A stretch of DNA of 63,381 nucleotides, filler included, from Thermodesulfobacteriota bacterium (GCA_036381125.1; 7 parts of 7 records of this genome joined end to end with filler, not necessarily neighbours in it); one strand, 5' to 3'; positions 9,049-19,002 are shown, numbered from the whole stretch's first letter. The notes: generated from the sequence alone by a model not told the origin. Numbers and translations are program-made.

Positions 9049-10593
9049 GTGGGACAGAAGTTCTACATGACGACCGCGATCGACTACGTCAACAGCCGGC
9101 CCCACCTCGGGACCGCCTACGAGAAGATCGCCGCCGACTGCATCGCCCGCTTCAAGCGACTCGCCGGCTACGACGTCCGCTTCCTCATGGGCAACGACGA
9201 GCACAGCCTGAACGTCGAGCGCCGGGCGCGCGAGCAGGGACTCGACCCGCTCGAGTACACCGACCGCATGGCCGAGGTCTTCGAGTCCACCTGGAAGGCG
9301 CTCGGCATCTCGTACGACGACTTCATCCGGACCACCGAGGAGCGGCACAAGCGCGGCGTCCGGCTCCTCCTCGAGCGGATCCGGGCGAAGGGCGACATCT
9401 ACGAGGGGACCTACGCGGGCCACTACTGCGTCTCCTGCGAGGCCTTCTACCAGGAGAAGGACCTGATCGACGGCCTCTGCCCGGTGCACAGGACGAAGCC
9501 GCAGTGGCTCGAGGAGAAGAACTACTTCTTCCGGCTCTCGAAGTACTGCGACGCGATCCTCGCCCACATCGAGGCGCACCCGGAGTTCGTCCAGCCCGAC
9601 ATCCGCCGCAACGAGATCGTGGCGCTCCTCAAGGAGGGCCTCGAGGACCTCTCGATCTCCAGGTCGTCGGTCCGGTGGGGCATCCTGATCCCGTGGGATC
9701 CCCAGAGCGTGGTCTACGTCTGGTTCGACGCGCTCATCAACTACCTCTCGGCCACCGGCTTCGGCACCGACACGCCCGAGGCGCAGGCGAGCTACCGGCA
9801 GTGGTGGCCGGCCGACCTGCACGTCATCGGCAAGGACATCACCCGCTTCCACTGCGTGATCTGGCCGGCGATGCTCATGGCGGCCGACGTCGCGCTGCCG
9901 AAGCAGGTCTTCGGGCACGGCTGGGTCCACCTCAAGGGCGAGAAGATGTCGAAGAGCCTCGGGACGGTGGTCGACCCGCTCGAGGCGGCCGAACGGTTCG
10001 GCGCCGATCCGCTCAGGTACTTCCTCCTGCGCGAGATCAGCTTCGGCCGCGACGGCGACTTCTCCTGGGAGCGCTTCACGGAGCGGTACAACGCCGATCT
10101 CGCCAACGACCTCGGCAACCTCCTCTCGCGCACCCTCTCGATGACGGAGAAGTACTTCGGCGGCCGCGTCCCGCCGGCGGGCCCCGGGGCGGAGCGCCTC
10201 GCCCGGCTCGCCGGGGAGGTCGTCGAGCGCTACCGCGAGGCGATGGAGCGCTACGATCTCTCCACGGGTGCGACGGAAGCCTGGCGCCTCGTCTCGGCCG
10301 CCAACGGCTTCGTGGACGAGGTCAAGCCCTGGACGCTGGCCAGGGACCCGGCGAGGCAGGCGGAGCTCGCCGGCGCGATCCGCGGCCTGCTCGAGTCGCT
10401 TCGCCTCGTGGCGGTGCTCGCGTTCCCGTTCATGCCGGCGAAGAGCGCCGAGCTGTGGCGGCAGCTCGGCGAGGACGAGGCCCTCGCCGGCCAGCTCCTC
10501 GACACGGAGGAGCCGGACTGGAACCGGCTGCGGGAGGGCCACCACGTCCGCAAGGGTGACCCGCTCTTTCCCCGGATCGAGGAGACGCCGTAG
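9049..10593 (+). CDS. metG: Methionine--tRNA ligase (short form, no C-terminal tRNA-binding domain)
   Basis: FYMTTAIDYVN, PHLG, KMSKS, CxxC/CPVH knuckle, YVWFDAL. Confidence 0.96.
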   Translation: MGQKFYMTTAIDYVNSRPHLGTAYEKIAADCIARFKRLAGYDVRFLMGNDEHSLNVERRAREQGLDPLEYTDRMAEVFESTWKALGISYDDFIRTTEERHKRGVRLLLERIRAKGDIYEGTYAGHYCVSCEAFYQEKDLIDGLCPVHRTKPQWLEEKNYFFRLSKYCDAILAHIEAHPEFVQPDIRRNEIVALLKEGLEDLSISRSSVRWGILIPWDPQSVVYVWFDALINYLSATGFGTDTPEAQASYRQWWPADLHVIGKDITRFHCVIWPAMLMAADVALPKQVFGHGWVHLKGEKMSKSLGTVVDPLEAAERFGADPLRYFLLREISFGRDGDFSWERFTERYNADLANDLGNLLSRTLSMTEKYFGGRVPPAGPGAERLARLAGEVVERYREAMERYDLSTGATEAWRLVSAANGFVDEVKPWTLARDPARQAELAGAIRGLLESLRLVAVLAFPFMPAKSAELWRQLGEDEALAGQLLDTEEPDWNRLREGHHVRKGDPLFPRIEETP

Positions 10594-11409
10594 GTGACCC
10601 GCCTCGTCGATACCCACTGCCATCTCGACTTCCCGGACTACGAGGGCGACACGGCCGGGCCGGTGACGCGCGCCGTGGCGGCCGGCGTGACGCGCATGGT
10701 GACGATCGGCACGACGCTCGAGACCTCGGAGGCCGCGGTGCGGATCGCCGAGCGCCACGCCGAGGTGTACGCCGCGGTCGGCGTCCACCCGAACGACCTC
10801 GACTCGATCGGTCCCGACACCTACGACCGGCTCGTCGCCCTGGCCCGGCGGCCGAAGGTCGTCGGATGGGGCGAGTGCGGCCTCGACTACTACCGCGCCC
10901 GCGACGGCCGCGACCGCCAGCGCCGGCGGTTCCGGGAGCAGATCGAGCTGGCGGCCTCGCTCCGCCTCCCGGTCCTGGTGCACGACCGGGACGCGCACGA
11001 CGACATCCTGGCCGTCCTGCGGGAGGCGCCCGAGACCGGCCGCGGGGGCGGCTCGCCGCGCGGCATCATCCACTGCTTCTCGGGCGACCTGCCCTTCGCC
11101 CGGGCCTGCATCGACCTCGGCTTCCTCATCTCCGTCCCCGGGATCGTCACGTTCAAGAACGCCGCGCCGCTGCGCGAGGTCGTGGCGGCGCTGCCGCTCG
11201 ACGTCCTCGTGGTCGAGACCGACGCGCCGTTCCTGGCGCCCGAGCCCCATCGGGGCAAGCGCAACGAGCCGGCCTTCGTCGCCTCGACCGCGCGCCGCGT
11301 CGCCGAGGTGAAGGGCGTGCCGTTCGAGGCGGTCGCCGAGGCGACCACGCGCAACGCCGAGCGCGTCTACGGCTTCGGCGAGGCCGGCCCCGGGGGCGGA
11401 CGGCCGTGA
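10594..11409 (+). CDS. tatD: TatD family DNase
   Basis: DTHCH, GVHP, GECGLDYY, HCFSG, ETDAPF. Confidence 0.93.
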   Translation: MTRLVDTHCHLDFPDYEGDTAGPVTRAVAAGVTRMVTIGTTLETSEAAVRIAERHAEVYAAVGVHPNDLDSIGPDTYDRLVALARRPKVVGWGECGLDYYRARDGRDRQRRRFREQIELAASLRLPVLVHDRDAHDDILAVLREAPETGRGGGSPRGIIHCFSGDLPFARACIDLGFLISVPGIVTFKNAAPLREVVAALPLDVLVVETDAPFLAPEPHRGKRNEPAFVASTARRVAEVKGVPFEAVAEATTRNAERVYGFGEAGPGGGRP

Positions 11410-11936
11410 CGCAGCCGGCCCCCGTCCTCGAGGTGCTCTTCCCGGCCGACGCGATCGACGCCGTGGTCGATCGCCTGGCCGCCCGCATCGCCGCCGACTA
11501 CGCGGGGCGCGAGCCGGTGCTGATCGGCATCCTCAAGGGCTCCTTCCTCTTCATGGCCGACCTCTGCCGGCGGCTGCCGATGCCGCTCGCCATCGACTTC
11601 ATCCGGCTCGCCTCCTACGGGAGCGGCATGTCGTCGACCCGCCGGGTGCGGCTCACCAAGGACGCCGAGATGCCGCTCGAGGGACGCGACATCCTGATCG
11701 TCGAGGACATCGTCGACAGCGGCCACACGGTGGTATTCCTGCGCGAGCACTTCCGCAAGTTCGCCCCGCGGTCGGTGCGCATCGTGACGCTCGTCGACAA
11801 GCGCGCGCGCCGCGAGGTGCCGGCCGAGGCCGACTACGTCGGCTTCACGATCGACGACGGCTTCATCGTCGGCTACGGCCTCGACCTCGACGAGCGCTAC
11901 CGAAACCTCCCCGGAATCTATCTCGTCAAGACCTGA
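11406..11936 (+). CDS. hpt: Hypoxanthine phosphoribosyltransferase
   Basis: ILKGS, LIVEDIVDSGHT, FIVGYGLD, YRNLP. Confidence 0.95.
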   Translation: MTQPAPVLEVLFPADAIDAVVDRLAARIAADYAGREPVLIGILKGSFLFMADLCRRLPMPLAIDFIRLASYGSGMSSTRRVRLTKDAEMPLEGRDILIVEDIVDSGHTVVFLREHFRKFAPRSVRIVTLVDKRARREVPAEADYVGFTIDDGFIVGYGLDLDERYRNLPGIYLVKT

Positions 11937-11938
11937 TC

Positions 11939-12111
11939 ATGTCCGTCGCCTTCGCCTGCCCTGCCTGCCGCACCGCCTACAAGCTGCCCGCGCACCTCGC
12001 CGCATCCGGATCGGTGCGCGTGCGGTGCGCGAGGTGTCGGCACGTCTTCGAGCTGGGAGGGGGTCTTGCGGCCCCCCTCCCGACAACCTCCCCGACGCCA
12101 TCGAGCGGCCC
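11939..12111 (+). CDS. MJ0042-type zinc-ribbon protein, N-terminal fragment
   Basis: CPACRTAY...VRCARCRHVF; truncated by the contig end. Confidence 0.75.
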
Positions 12112-12211
12112 NNNNNNNNNNNNNNNNNNNNNNNNNNNNNNNNNNNNNNNNNNNNTTAATTAATTAANNNNNNNNNNNNNNNNNNNNNNNNNNNNNNNNN
12201 NNNNNNNNNNN
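12112..12211. other. Artificial contig linker
   Basis: N-run with TTAATTAATTAA. Confidence 0.98.
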
Positions 12212-12294
12212 CGACGGCCCGCCGCGCCTCTCTCCACGGCCGCGCGACGCGGCCTGGCCGAGGGATCGGGGACAGCGGGATCGAGGATCGTGAG

Positions 12295-12735
12295 ATGCGG
12301 AATCGTCACAGCAGGGGCTTCACGCTGATCGAGCTCATGATCGTCGTGGCGATCATCGGGATCCTCGCCGCGATCGCCATCCCGAACTTCCTCCGGTTCC
12401 AGGCGAAGTCGCGGCAGTCGGAAGCGAGGGTGAACCTCGGAGGGGTGTTCGTCGCGCAGATGTCGTTCTTCACGACGAACGGCAGATTCGGCGCCTTCAA
12501 CGAGATCGGGTTCTACTCGTCGGAGCTGCGCGCTCGCAACTACACGTACGAGGACGGCGTCGAGGTCCAGGAGAGCCGGCTCGGCTACACGGCGTACCCG
12601 GGCGAGGCCGTTGCGCAATTCGACGACCTGGGGTTCACCGCGACCGCGGCCGGCGTCATCACGAACAGCACCCTGGTCGACGGCTGGTACATCAACGACG
12701 CTCGGGAACTCGTGAACGAGGTCCGCGGCTACTAG
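12295..12735 (+). CDS. pilA: Type IVa pilin
   Basis: Class III signal [26 protein letters not shown]; deltaproteobacterial-type [10 protein letters not shown]. Confidence 0.92.
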   Translation: MRNRHSRGFTLIELMIVVAIIGILAAIAIPNFLRFQAKSRQSEARVNLGGVFVAQMSFFTTNGRFGAFNEIGFYSSELRARNYTYEDGVEVQESRLGYTAYPGEAVAQFDDLGFTATAAGVITNSTLVDGWYINDARELVNEVRGY

Positions 12736-12748
12736 TCTCGGGAGCGCC

Positions 12749-14716
12749 ATGGAGCACGCACGGCCACGGACGGGGCTGGCGATCGGCCTCGTCGCGCTGG
12801 TTCTGTTCGCGCCGCTCGTCGACGGCGGTACCACCTACGTCCCCGCGACGGTGATCCGTCTCGGGGCGCTGTCGCTCGCGCTGATCTGGCTCTGGTGGGC
12901 CCTCGGAGCCGATGCGGCCGGGCGCCGTCCGACGCCGCTCGACCTGCCGGTCATCGCCTTCCTGACGCTGGCGGCGCTCTCCACCGCGACCTCGCCGTAC
13001 CGCTACCAGAGCCTCCAGGCCTTCCTGTCGCTCTCGGCCGGCGCGCTCGTCCTCGCGGTCGCGGCCGAGGCCGCGAGGGAGCGGCGGGCGAGCGTTCTGC
13101 TCGCCGGCGCCGTCGTCGCGTCCGCCGTGGCCGAGGCGCTCCTCGCCCTCGGCCAGTGGGCCATGGGCGCCGATCGGCCGGCGGGGACCTACTTCAACCC
13201 CAACCACCTGGCGACGGCGCTTGCCATCGCCCTGGCGCTCGTCCTTGCCCGCGAGCCGCGCGGCCGGACCGGGCAGGCGGCGCTCGTCGCCGTCGCCGGC
13301 CTCCTCGCCGCGGCGCTGATCGCCTCCCGGTCGCGGGGCGGCGTCCTGGCTGCCGTGGCCGGCGTGGGGCTCGTCGGCTGGTACCGCTGGCGGTGGCGCG
13401 CGGTGGCCGTCGGCGCGGCCGCGCTGGTCCTGGTGGCGATCGTTCCGAACCCGCTCGTCGAGCGGATCAGGCACGCGCACGCCGTCGATCCGCTCGCGTA
13501 CGCGCGGCTGCAGATCTGGCAGAGCGCCCTCGAGCGCGCGGCGGACCACCCCATGGGGGTGGGGCTCAACATGTTCCGCCTGACCTCCCAGCAGTACGCG
13601 TTCCCCGTCGACGGGGAGCTGGCGCGCTACGGGCGCCGGGCGGAGTCGGCCCACAACGACTACCTGGAGGTCCTGGCCGAACTCGGGGTCCCCGGCTTCC
13701 TCGTGGCGCTCTGGGGGCTCGGGGCGCTGGGCGTGGCGGCGCGCCGCCGGCTCGCGGCGGGCCGGTCCACCGGCCGGCCGGACGGCCTCCTCCTCGGCGC
13801 GGCCGGCGGGCTCGCCGCGCTCGCGGCCCAGGCGGCCGTGGACAACCTCCTCTCGGTGCCGGCCCTCGTCGTGCAGGGGGCCGTCCTCGCCGGGATCGTG
13901 CTGGGCGCCGAGACGGCGCCAGAGCCGGCCGCGGCGCCGGGGCAGGTGCGGCGCGCTCCGGTCCCCTGGATGCGCCGTCCCGTCGCCAGGGCGCTCGTCG
14001 TCGTGGCCGGGCTGGCGGCCGGCCTCGGCGTGGCCCGCCACGGCGCCGCCTTCGTGGCCGCCCGGCAGGCGGAGGCGGCCCGCGATGCCGGCGACCTCGC
14101 CGCCGCGCGCGCCTGGCTCGAGCGGGCCGCGTGGCTCGCGCCGGACAATGCCGGGCACCTCGACGCCCTGGCCGCTGCCTCGGTCATGGCGTGGCGGGCG
14201 TCTCGCAACCCGAGCGACGCCATGGCCGCCGAGGCGTACATGCTGCGGGCCGCGCGGCTCGACCCGGAGGACGCGCGGCGCTTCGCGCGCCTGGCCGAGA
14301 TCTACGTGAACATCGAGCCGCCCGACCCCGAGGTGCGGCGCCGGGCGCTCGAACGGGCCCGGCGCATGTACGAGGAGGCCGAGCGGCTCGACCCGTACGC
14401 GGCGGCCTATCCCTTCGCCAGGGCCGCGGTCCTGGCCAGCCTCGGCGAGCGCGACGCGGAGATCGCCGCGCTCGAGCGGGCCGTGTCGATCGAGCCGAAC
14501 CTCCTGGCCGCACGCCTCAGGCTCGCCCGCATCCGGGCGGAGCGCCGCGAGGCGGAGGCCGCGGCGGCCCAGTACGCGGCGATCGAGGCGGCGCTCGACG
14601 CGTACGAGGCGACGCGCGCCGTCCGGGGCGAGAGCCCCTTCGCCCGCTGGCTCCTCGGCGGGGTCGACCGGCAGGTGGTCCGCCGCGAGGCCGCGGCTCT
14701 TCGGGGGCGGAGCTGA
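12749..14716 (+). CDS. O-antigen ligase (Wzy_C) family membrane protein with C-terminal TPRs; candidate pilin oligosaccharyltransferase
   Basis: YFNPNHLA, SRSRGG, RLQIW, HPMGVG, AHNDYLEVLAELG; helical TPR-like C-terminus. Confidence 0.8.
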   Translation: MEHARPRTGLAIGLVALVLFAPLVDGGTTYVPATVIRLGALSLALIWLWWALGADAAGRRPTPLDLPVIAFLTLAALSTATSPYRYQSLQAFLSLSAGALVLAVAAEAARERRASVLLAGAVVASAVAEALLALGQWAMGADRPAGTYFNPNHLATALAIALALVLAREPRGRTGQAALVAVAGLLAAALIASRSRGGVLAAVAGVGLVGWYRWRWRAVAVGAAALVLVAIVPNPLVERIRHAHAVDPLAYARLQIWQSALERAADHPMGVGLNMFRLTSQQYAFPVDGELARYGRRAESAHNDYLEVLAELGVPGFLVALWGLGALGVAARRRLAAGRSTGRPDGLLLGAAGGLAALAAQAAVDNLLSVPALVVQGAVLAGIVLGAETAPEPAAAPGQVRRAPVPWMRRPVARALVVVAGLAAGLGVARHGAAFVAARQAEAARDAGDLAAARAWLERAAWLAPDNAGHLDALAAASVMAWRASRNPSDAMAAEAYMLRAARLDPEDARRFARLAEIYVNIEPPDPEVRRRALERARRMYEEAERLDPYAAAYPFARAAVLASLGERDAEIAALERAVSIEPNLLAARLRLARIRAERREAEAAAAQYAAIEAALDAYEATRAVRGESPFARWLLGGVDRQVVRREAAALRGRS

Positions 14717-15603
14717 TGATCCCGCGCGTGGCCGCGGGGCTCGCGCTCGCGGCGGTCGTCGGGGCCGTCGCGGCGCTCGTGCGGCTCGACCAGGTCCGTC
14801 CCCGCGCGACCGCGGGAGACGGCGTGCGCTACCTCGCGCTCGCCCGCGAGGCGAGGCCGGTGCTCCTCGGCTACGAGGCGCTCGCCGCCGACGTCGTCTG
14901 GCTGCAGGCGATCCAGTACATGGCCGACCGGTATCGTCGCGGCGACGACCTCGCGGGGCTCTACGACTTCCTGGACGCCGTCACCGAGCTCGACCCGAAG
15001 TACGCCCACGTGTACGAGCACGGCTCCACGGCGCTCGTGGCGATCGACCGGCGCCCCGACGAGGCCGTCCGGCTCCTCGAGAAGGGCTACGCGGCGCTGC
15101 CCGACGACTGGCGGGTGCCGTACATGCTGGCCTACACGCACCTCTTCTACTACCAGGACTACGCGACCGCGGCCCGCTACCTCGAGGACGCGGCGGCGCG
15201 CTTCGGCCGGCCGACCTACATGACCGCGCTGGCGGCGCGCCTCCACGCCCAGGCCGGCTCGTCCGAGGCCGCGCTCGCGTTCCTCGATCGCATGCGCCGG
15301 CAGACGACCGATGCCACGGCCCGACAGGGGATCGAGGAGCGGATGGCGGAGGTGATCGTCGATCGGGACCTCAAGGTGATCGCCGCCGCGGTGGCGCGCT
15401 TTCGGGAGACCCGACGCCGCGTGCCGGAGACCGTGGGCGAGCTGGTGAGGGCCGGCCTCCTGCCGGCCGAGCCGGTGGAGCCGTTCAACGGCCGGTACGT
15501 GATCGATCAGGTCACCGGCGAGGTCTCGAGCACGTCGGGCAAAGGCCTGCTCAAGGCGTACCGGTGGCACAGGGCACCGGATCCGGTGGGGGAGCGACGA
15601 TGA
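14716..15603 (+). CDS. PilG/XapA-like TPR-containing pilus accessory protein
   Basis: N-terminal TM, LAADVVWLQAIQY, VTELDP, LLEKG..PDDW; between the pilin and ABC genes as in Myxococcus pilGHI and Geobacter xap. Confidence 0.7.
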   Translation: MIPRVAAGLALAAVVGAVAALVRLDQVRPRATAGDGVRYLALAREARPVLLGYEALAADVVWLQAIQYMADRYRRGDDLAGLYDFLDAVTELDPKYAHVYEHGSTALVAIDRRPDEAVRLLEKGYAALPDDWRVPYMLAYTHLFYYQDYATAARYLEDAAARFGRPTYMTALAARLHAQAGSSEAALAFLDRMRRQTTDATARQGIEERMAEVIVDRDLKVIAAAVARFRETRRRVPETVGELVRAGLLPAEPVEPFNGRYVIDQVTGEVSSTSGKGLLKAYRWHRAPDPVGERR

Positions 15604-16550
15604 CGGCGGCGGCCGCGATCGAGATTCGCGATCTGGCAAAGACGTTCCGGACCGGCCTGCTCGGGCGGGAGGTCCGCGCGCTCGACGGCCTCTCCCTCGA
15701 GGTACAGCCGGGAGAGATCTTCGGGTTCCTCGGACCGAACGGGGCGGGCAAGACGACGACCATCAAGATCCTGCTCGGCTTCGTGCGGCCCGCCTCGGGC
15801 GCGGTGCGCGTGCTCGGCGGAAGCCCGACCGACCCGGCCGTCCGCGCCAGGCTCGGCTTCCTGCCCGAGCACCCCTACTTCTACGACTACCTGACCGGCC
15901 TCGAGTTCCTGGACTACGTGGGGCGGCTCCACGGCCTGCCGGCCGAGGTCCGCGGCCGGCGCGCGGCGCGGCTGCTCGAGCAGGTCGACATCGCCGCCGC
16001 CGCGAAGGCGCCGCTGCGGCGCTACTCGAAGGGGATGCTCCAGCGGCTCGGGCTTGCCCAGGCGCTGATGAACGACCCGGAACTCCTCGTCCTCGACGAG
16101 CCGATGTCGGGGCTCGACCCGATGGGGCGCCGGCTCGTCCGCGACCTGATCCTCGACCTCAAGCGGGAAGGGCGGACGATCTTCTTCTCGTCCCACATCC
16201 TCTCGGACGTGGAGACGCTGTCCGACCGGGTGGCCATCGTGGCGCACGGCCGCGTGGCGGCCCTCGGCACCGTGGACGACCTGGTCACGGGCGGCGCCGA
16301 TCGGGTCGAGCTTGCGGCGGCGGCCCTGAGCGGCGAGGCCGTCGCGGCGCTCGGCCGGCTCGCGACGCGGCACGAGGCGCGGGGAGGCCAGCACCTCTTC
16401 ACCCTCGAGTCGCGCGAGGCGGCCGACGAGGCCGTCCGCGTCCTCGGCCGCGCGGGCGGACGGCTGCTCGGGTTCACGGCCCACCGGCGCAGCCTCGAGG
16501 AGCTGTTCGTCGAGCGGGTGGGGCAGGACGGCACGGGGCGGGGGCGATGA
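15600..16550 (+). CDS. ABC transporter ATP-binding protein (PilH/XapD-like)
   Basis: [24 protein letters not shown]. Confidence 0.9.
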   Translation: MTAAAAIEIRDLAKTFRTGLLGREVRALDGLSLEVQPGEIFGFLGPNGAGKTTTIKILLGFVRPASGAVRVLGGSPTDPAVRARLGFLPEHPYFYDYLTGLEFLDYVGRLHGLPAEVRGRRAARLLEQVDIAAAAKAPLRRYSKGMLQRLGLAQALMNDPELLVLDEPMSGLDPMGRRLVRDLILDLKREGRTIFFSSHILSDVETLSDRVAIVAHGRVAALGTVDDLVTGGADRVELAAAALSGEAVAALGRLATRHEARGGQHLFTLESREAADEAVRVLGRAGGRLLGFTAHRRSLEELFVERVGQDGTGRGR

Positions 16551-17311
16551 CGACCATCTGGACGATCGCACGCAACACCTTTCGCGAGGCGATCCGCGAT
16601 CGGATCCTCTACGGGCTCCTCGCGTTCGCCATGCTGCTCATCGGCACGTCGGTCGCCCTGGCCGACCTGTCGATCGGCCAGCAGCAGCGGCTCGTGAAGG
16701 ACATCGGCCTCGGCGCCATCTCGCTGATCGGCGTCCTCATGGCGGTGTTCCTCGGCATCACCCTCGTCTCGCGCGAGATCGAGCGGCGGACGGTCTACAC
16801 GATCCTGTCGAAGCCGATCCACCGCTATCAGTTCCTCCTCGGCCGCTACCTCGGCCTGGTCGCCACGATCGGCGTGAACGTGATCGTGATGGGCGCCGGC
16901 CTCGCGGCGCTCGTCCTCGCGAAGGGCTGGTGGCACCCCAACCTCCTGGCCGCGCTCCTGCTCGTGGCCGAGGAGCTGCTCGTCGTGGCCGCGATCGCGA
17001 CGCTCTTCTCGTCGTTCACCACCCCGACCCTGGCGGCCATCTTCACGCTCGGCCTCTTCGTCGTCGGGCACCTGACCGGGACGCTGCGCACGATGGCCGA
17101 GCGTGCCCCGGAGGCTGCGACCAGGGTCTTTGCCGCGGCGCTGTACTACCTGCTGCCGAACCTCGAGGCGTTCAACGTGAAGGGGCGCGTGGCGAACCGG
17201 GAGGCGGTGAGCCTCCTCGAGGTGGGCCTCGCCAGCGGCTACGCGGCGCTCTACCTCGTCGGCGTCCTCGCCCTCGCGGTGGTCGTGTTCGAGCGCCGGG
17301 AGCTGCGCTGA
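16547..17311 (+). CDS. ABC-2 type permease (PilI/XapB-like)
   Basis: [28 protein letters not shown], about 6 TM helices. Confidence 0.85.
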   Translation: MTTIWTIARNTFREAIRDRILYGLLAFAMLLIGTSVALADLSIGQQQRLVKDIGLGAISLIGVLMAVFLGITLVSREIERRTVYTILSKPIHRYQFLLGRYLGLVATIGVNVIVMGAGLAALVLAKGWWHPNLLAALLLVAEELLVVAAIATLFSSFTTPTLAAIFTLGLFVVGHLTGTLRTMAERAPEAATRVFAAALYYLLPNLEAFNVKGRVANREAVSLLEVGLASGYAALYLVGVLALAVVVFERRELR

Positions 17312-17452
17312 GGGCGCGGTCCGCGAGGGGCCGGACGACGCTGCGAAAACTTTGCGAAGGGGACGGCGATCCGGGCGGCGCCGGCGCGGGTGAGCGGCGC
17401 CAAGTTCGCGGGTTTCCTCCCGGTTCCCCGAGTCGCCCGGCGCCGGGCCGCT

Positions 17453-17468
17453 TGGCCTGGCGCTTGCT
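17453..17468 (+). promoter_or_regulatory. Putative sigma54 (-24/-12) promoter
   Basis: TGGCCTGGCGCTTGCT, GG-N10-GC spacing, upstream of the glycosyltransferase. Confidence 0.6.
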
Positions 17469-17481
17469 TTCCGGGCCGGGG

Positions 17482-17644
17482 ATGCCCGCCGCCGTCGCCC
17501 ACGAGACGCCGATCGACGAGCGCGCCGCCCGAGGCCGAAGGCCGGCGGGGAACGGATCGCCGCTGCGCGTCCGCTACTACACGAAGGGGACCGCCGCCGA
17601 CCCGGGGAGCCGGTATCGCGCGTACCAGTACGCGCCCCGGCTGG
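17482..17644 (+). CDS. Probable GT4 glycosyltransferase, N-terminal fragment
   Basis: LRVRYYTK....[10 protein letters not shown] resembles the SSRYRxxQY N-terminus of GT4 enzymes; truncated, start uncertain. Confidence 0.55.
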
Positions 17645-17744
17645 NNNNNNNNNNNNNNNNNNNNNNNNNNNNNNNNNNNNNNNNNNNNTTAATTAATTAA
17701 NNNNNNNNNNNNNNNNNNNNNNNNNNNNNNNNNNNNNNNNNNNN
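17645..17744. other. Artificial contig linker
   Basis: N-run with TTAATTAATTAA. Confidence 0.98.
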
Positions 17745-18161
17745 GAAGATCTCCGTGTGGCCCGGGTACCTGTAGCCGGCCAGGTGCATCGCCTCCTTGT
17801 TGAGGGGGGCCGTGGCGACGGCGTCCACGCGGCCGGCGAGGGCATGGTCGATGGCGGCGAAGACGTAGGCGACGGCCGCCTCCCCGCCCTCGGCGCAGAG
17901 GCGTCCCCAGGGCAGAGGCTGTCGCGGCAGGCCGACCTCGAGCACGCCGACCCGGCCCTCCGGGAGGTCGCCGGGGCGGTCGGCGGCAGCCGGGACGAGC
18001 CGGTCGGCCACCTCGGGCGCCGCGCGTCGCAGCGTCGCCACGTGGCCGACGATGACCGGGCGCACCGCGGCCTGGACGGCGGGGCTCGCGGCGGCCCGGG
18101 CGGCGATCTCCGGTCCGATGCCGGCCGGGTCTCCCATGGTGATGGCGACGACGGGCTTCAC
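17745..18161 (-). CDS. pdxA: 4-hydroxythreonine-4-phosphate dehydrogenase family, N-terminal part
   Basis: ITMGDPAGIGPE, TAPLNKEA, YPGHTE; GTG start at 18161. Confidence 0.9.
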
Positions 18162-18188
18162 GGGCGACTCCCGGGGGCGGTTTGCGGG

Positions 18189-18222
18189 TTGACTTTGTGG
18201 ACTGTGGCCACTATGGTACACT
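18189..18222 (+). promoter_or_regulatory. Putative sigma70 promoter of the tol-pal operon
   Basis: TTGACT-N17-TATGGT, overlapping an extended -10 TGgTACACT. Confidence 0.5.
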
Positions 18223-18267
18223 CCCTTTTCGTTGGTCCCGCCGGTTTTTCCAGGGAGATTCACGACT

Positions 18268-18990
18268 TTGGGCGATCTCACCGTAGTCGACATACTCCGC
18301 ACCGCGGGGCCGGTCGTCAAGTCGGTCCTCCTGCTCTTGCTTGCCTTCTCCGTGGCGTCCTGGGGCATCATCCTCCACAAGTGGCGCCAGCTCAGACGGG
18401 CCGAGCGGGAGTCGAAGCTCTTCCTCAAGCTCTTCTGGGAGGGGAGCCGCCTCGACTCCATCTTCAGCTCGGCCGAGGCGCTTCGCGAGAGCCCGGTCGC
18501 CGAGGTGTTCCGCGCGGGCTACATCGAGCTGGTGAAGGTCAAGAAGTCGCAGAGCAGCGGCAGCGAGGCGCGCCCGGCCCCGGCCGGTACCCTGGCGCAG
18601 ACCGTGGTCACGACGGAGCTGGGCGGCGTCGAGAACGTGAGCCGTGCGCTCCGCCGCGCCGTCGCGTCCGAGATCACGCGCCTCGAGCGCTTCCTCGGCT
18701 TCCTCGCCACGACGGGCAGCACCACGCCCTTCATCGGCCTCTTCGGCACGGTCTGGGGGATCATGAGCAGCTTCATCGGGATCGGGCGCGCGGGGGCCGC
18801 CACGCTGGCCGTCGTCGCGCCCGGCATCGCCGAGGCGCTCATCGCGACGGCCGTGGGGCTGGCCGCGGCGATCCCGGCGGTCATCTCGTACAACTACTTC
18901 CTCACCCGGGTGAAGGTGCTCGCGACGGAGATGGACAACTTCTCCTTCGAGTTCCTCAACATCGTCGAGCGCAACATCTTCAAGAAGTAG
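18268..18990 (+). CDS. tolQ: TolQ
   Basis: LATTGSTTPFIGLFGTVWGIM, APGIAEALIATAVGLAAAIPAV; TTG start after GGGAG inferred. Confidence 0.93.
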   Translation: MGDLTVVDILRTAGPVVKSVLLLLLAFSVASWGIILHKWRQLRRAERESKLFLKLFWEGSRLDSIFSSAEALRESPVAEVFRAGYIELVKVKKSQSSGSEARPAPAGTLAQTVVTTELGGVENVSRALRRAVASEITRLERFLGFLATTGSTTPFIGLFGTVWGIMSSFIGIGRAGAATLAVVAPGIAEALIATAVGLAAAIPAVISYNYFLTRVKVLATEMDNFSFEFLNIVERNIFKK

Positions 18991-19002
18991 GCGGGGCTCG
19001 CC

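Noticed and set aside
12212-12294. Sigma54 promoter expected upstream of pilA
   Set aside because: No GG-N10-GC consensus with a TGC -12 element in the 83 nt available before the contig edge
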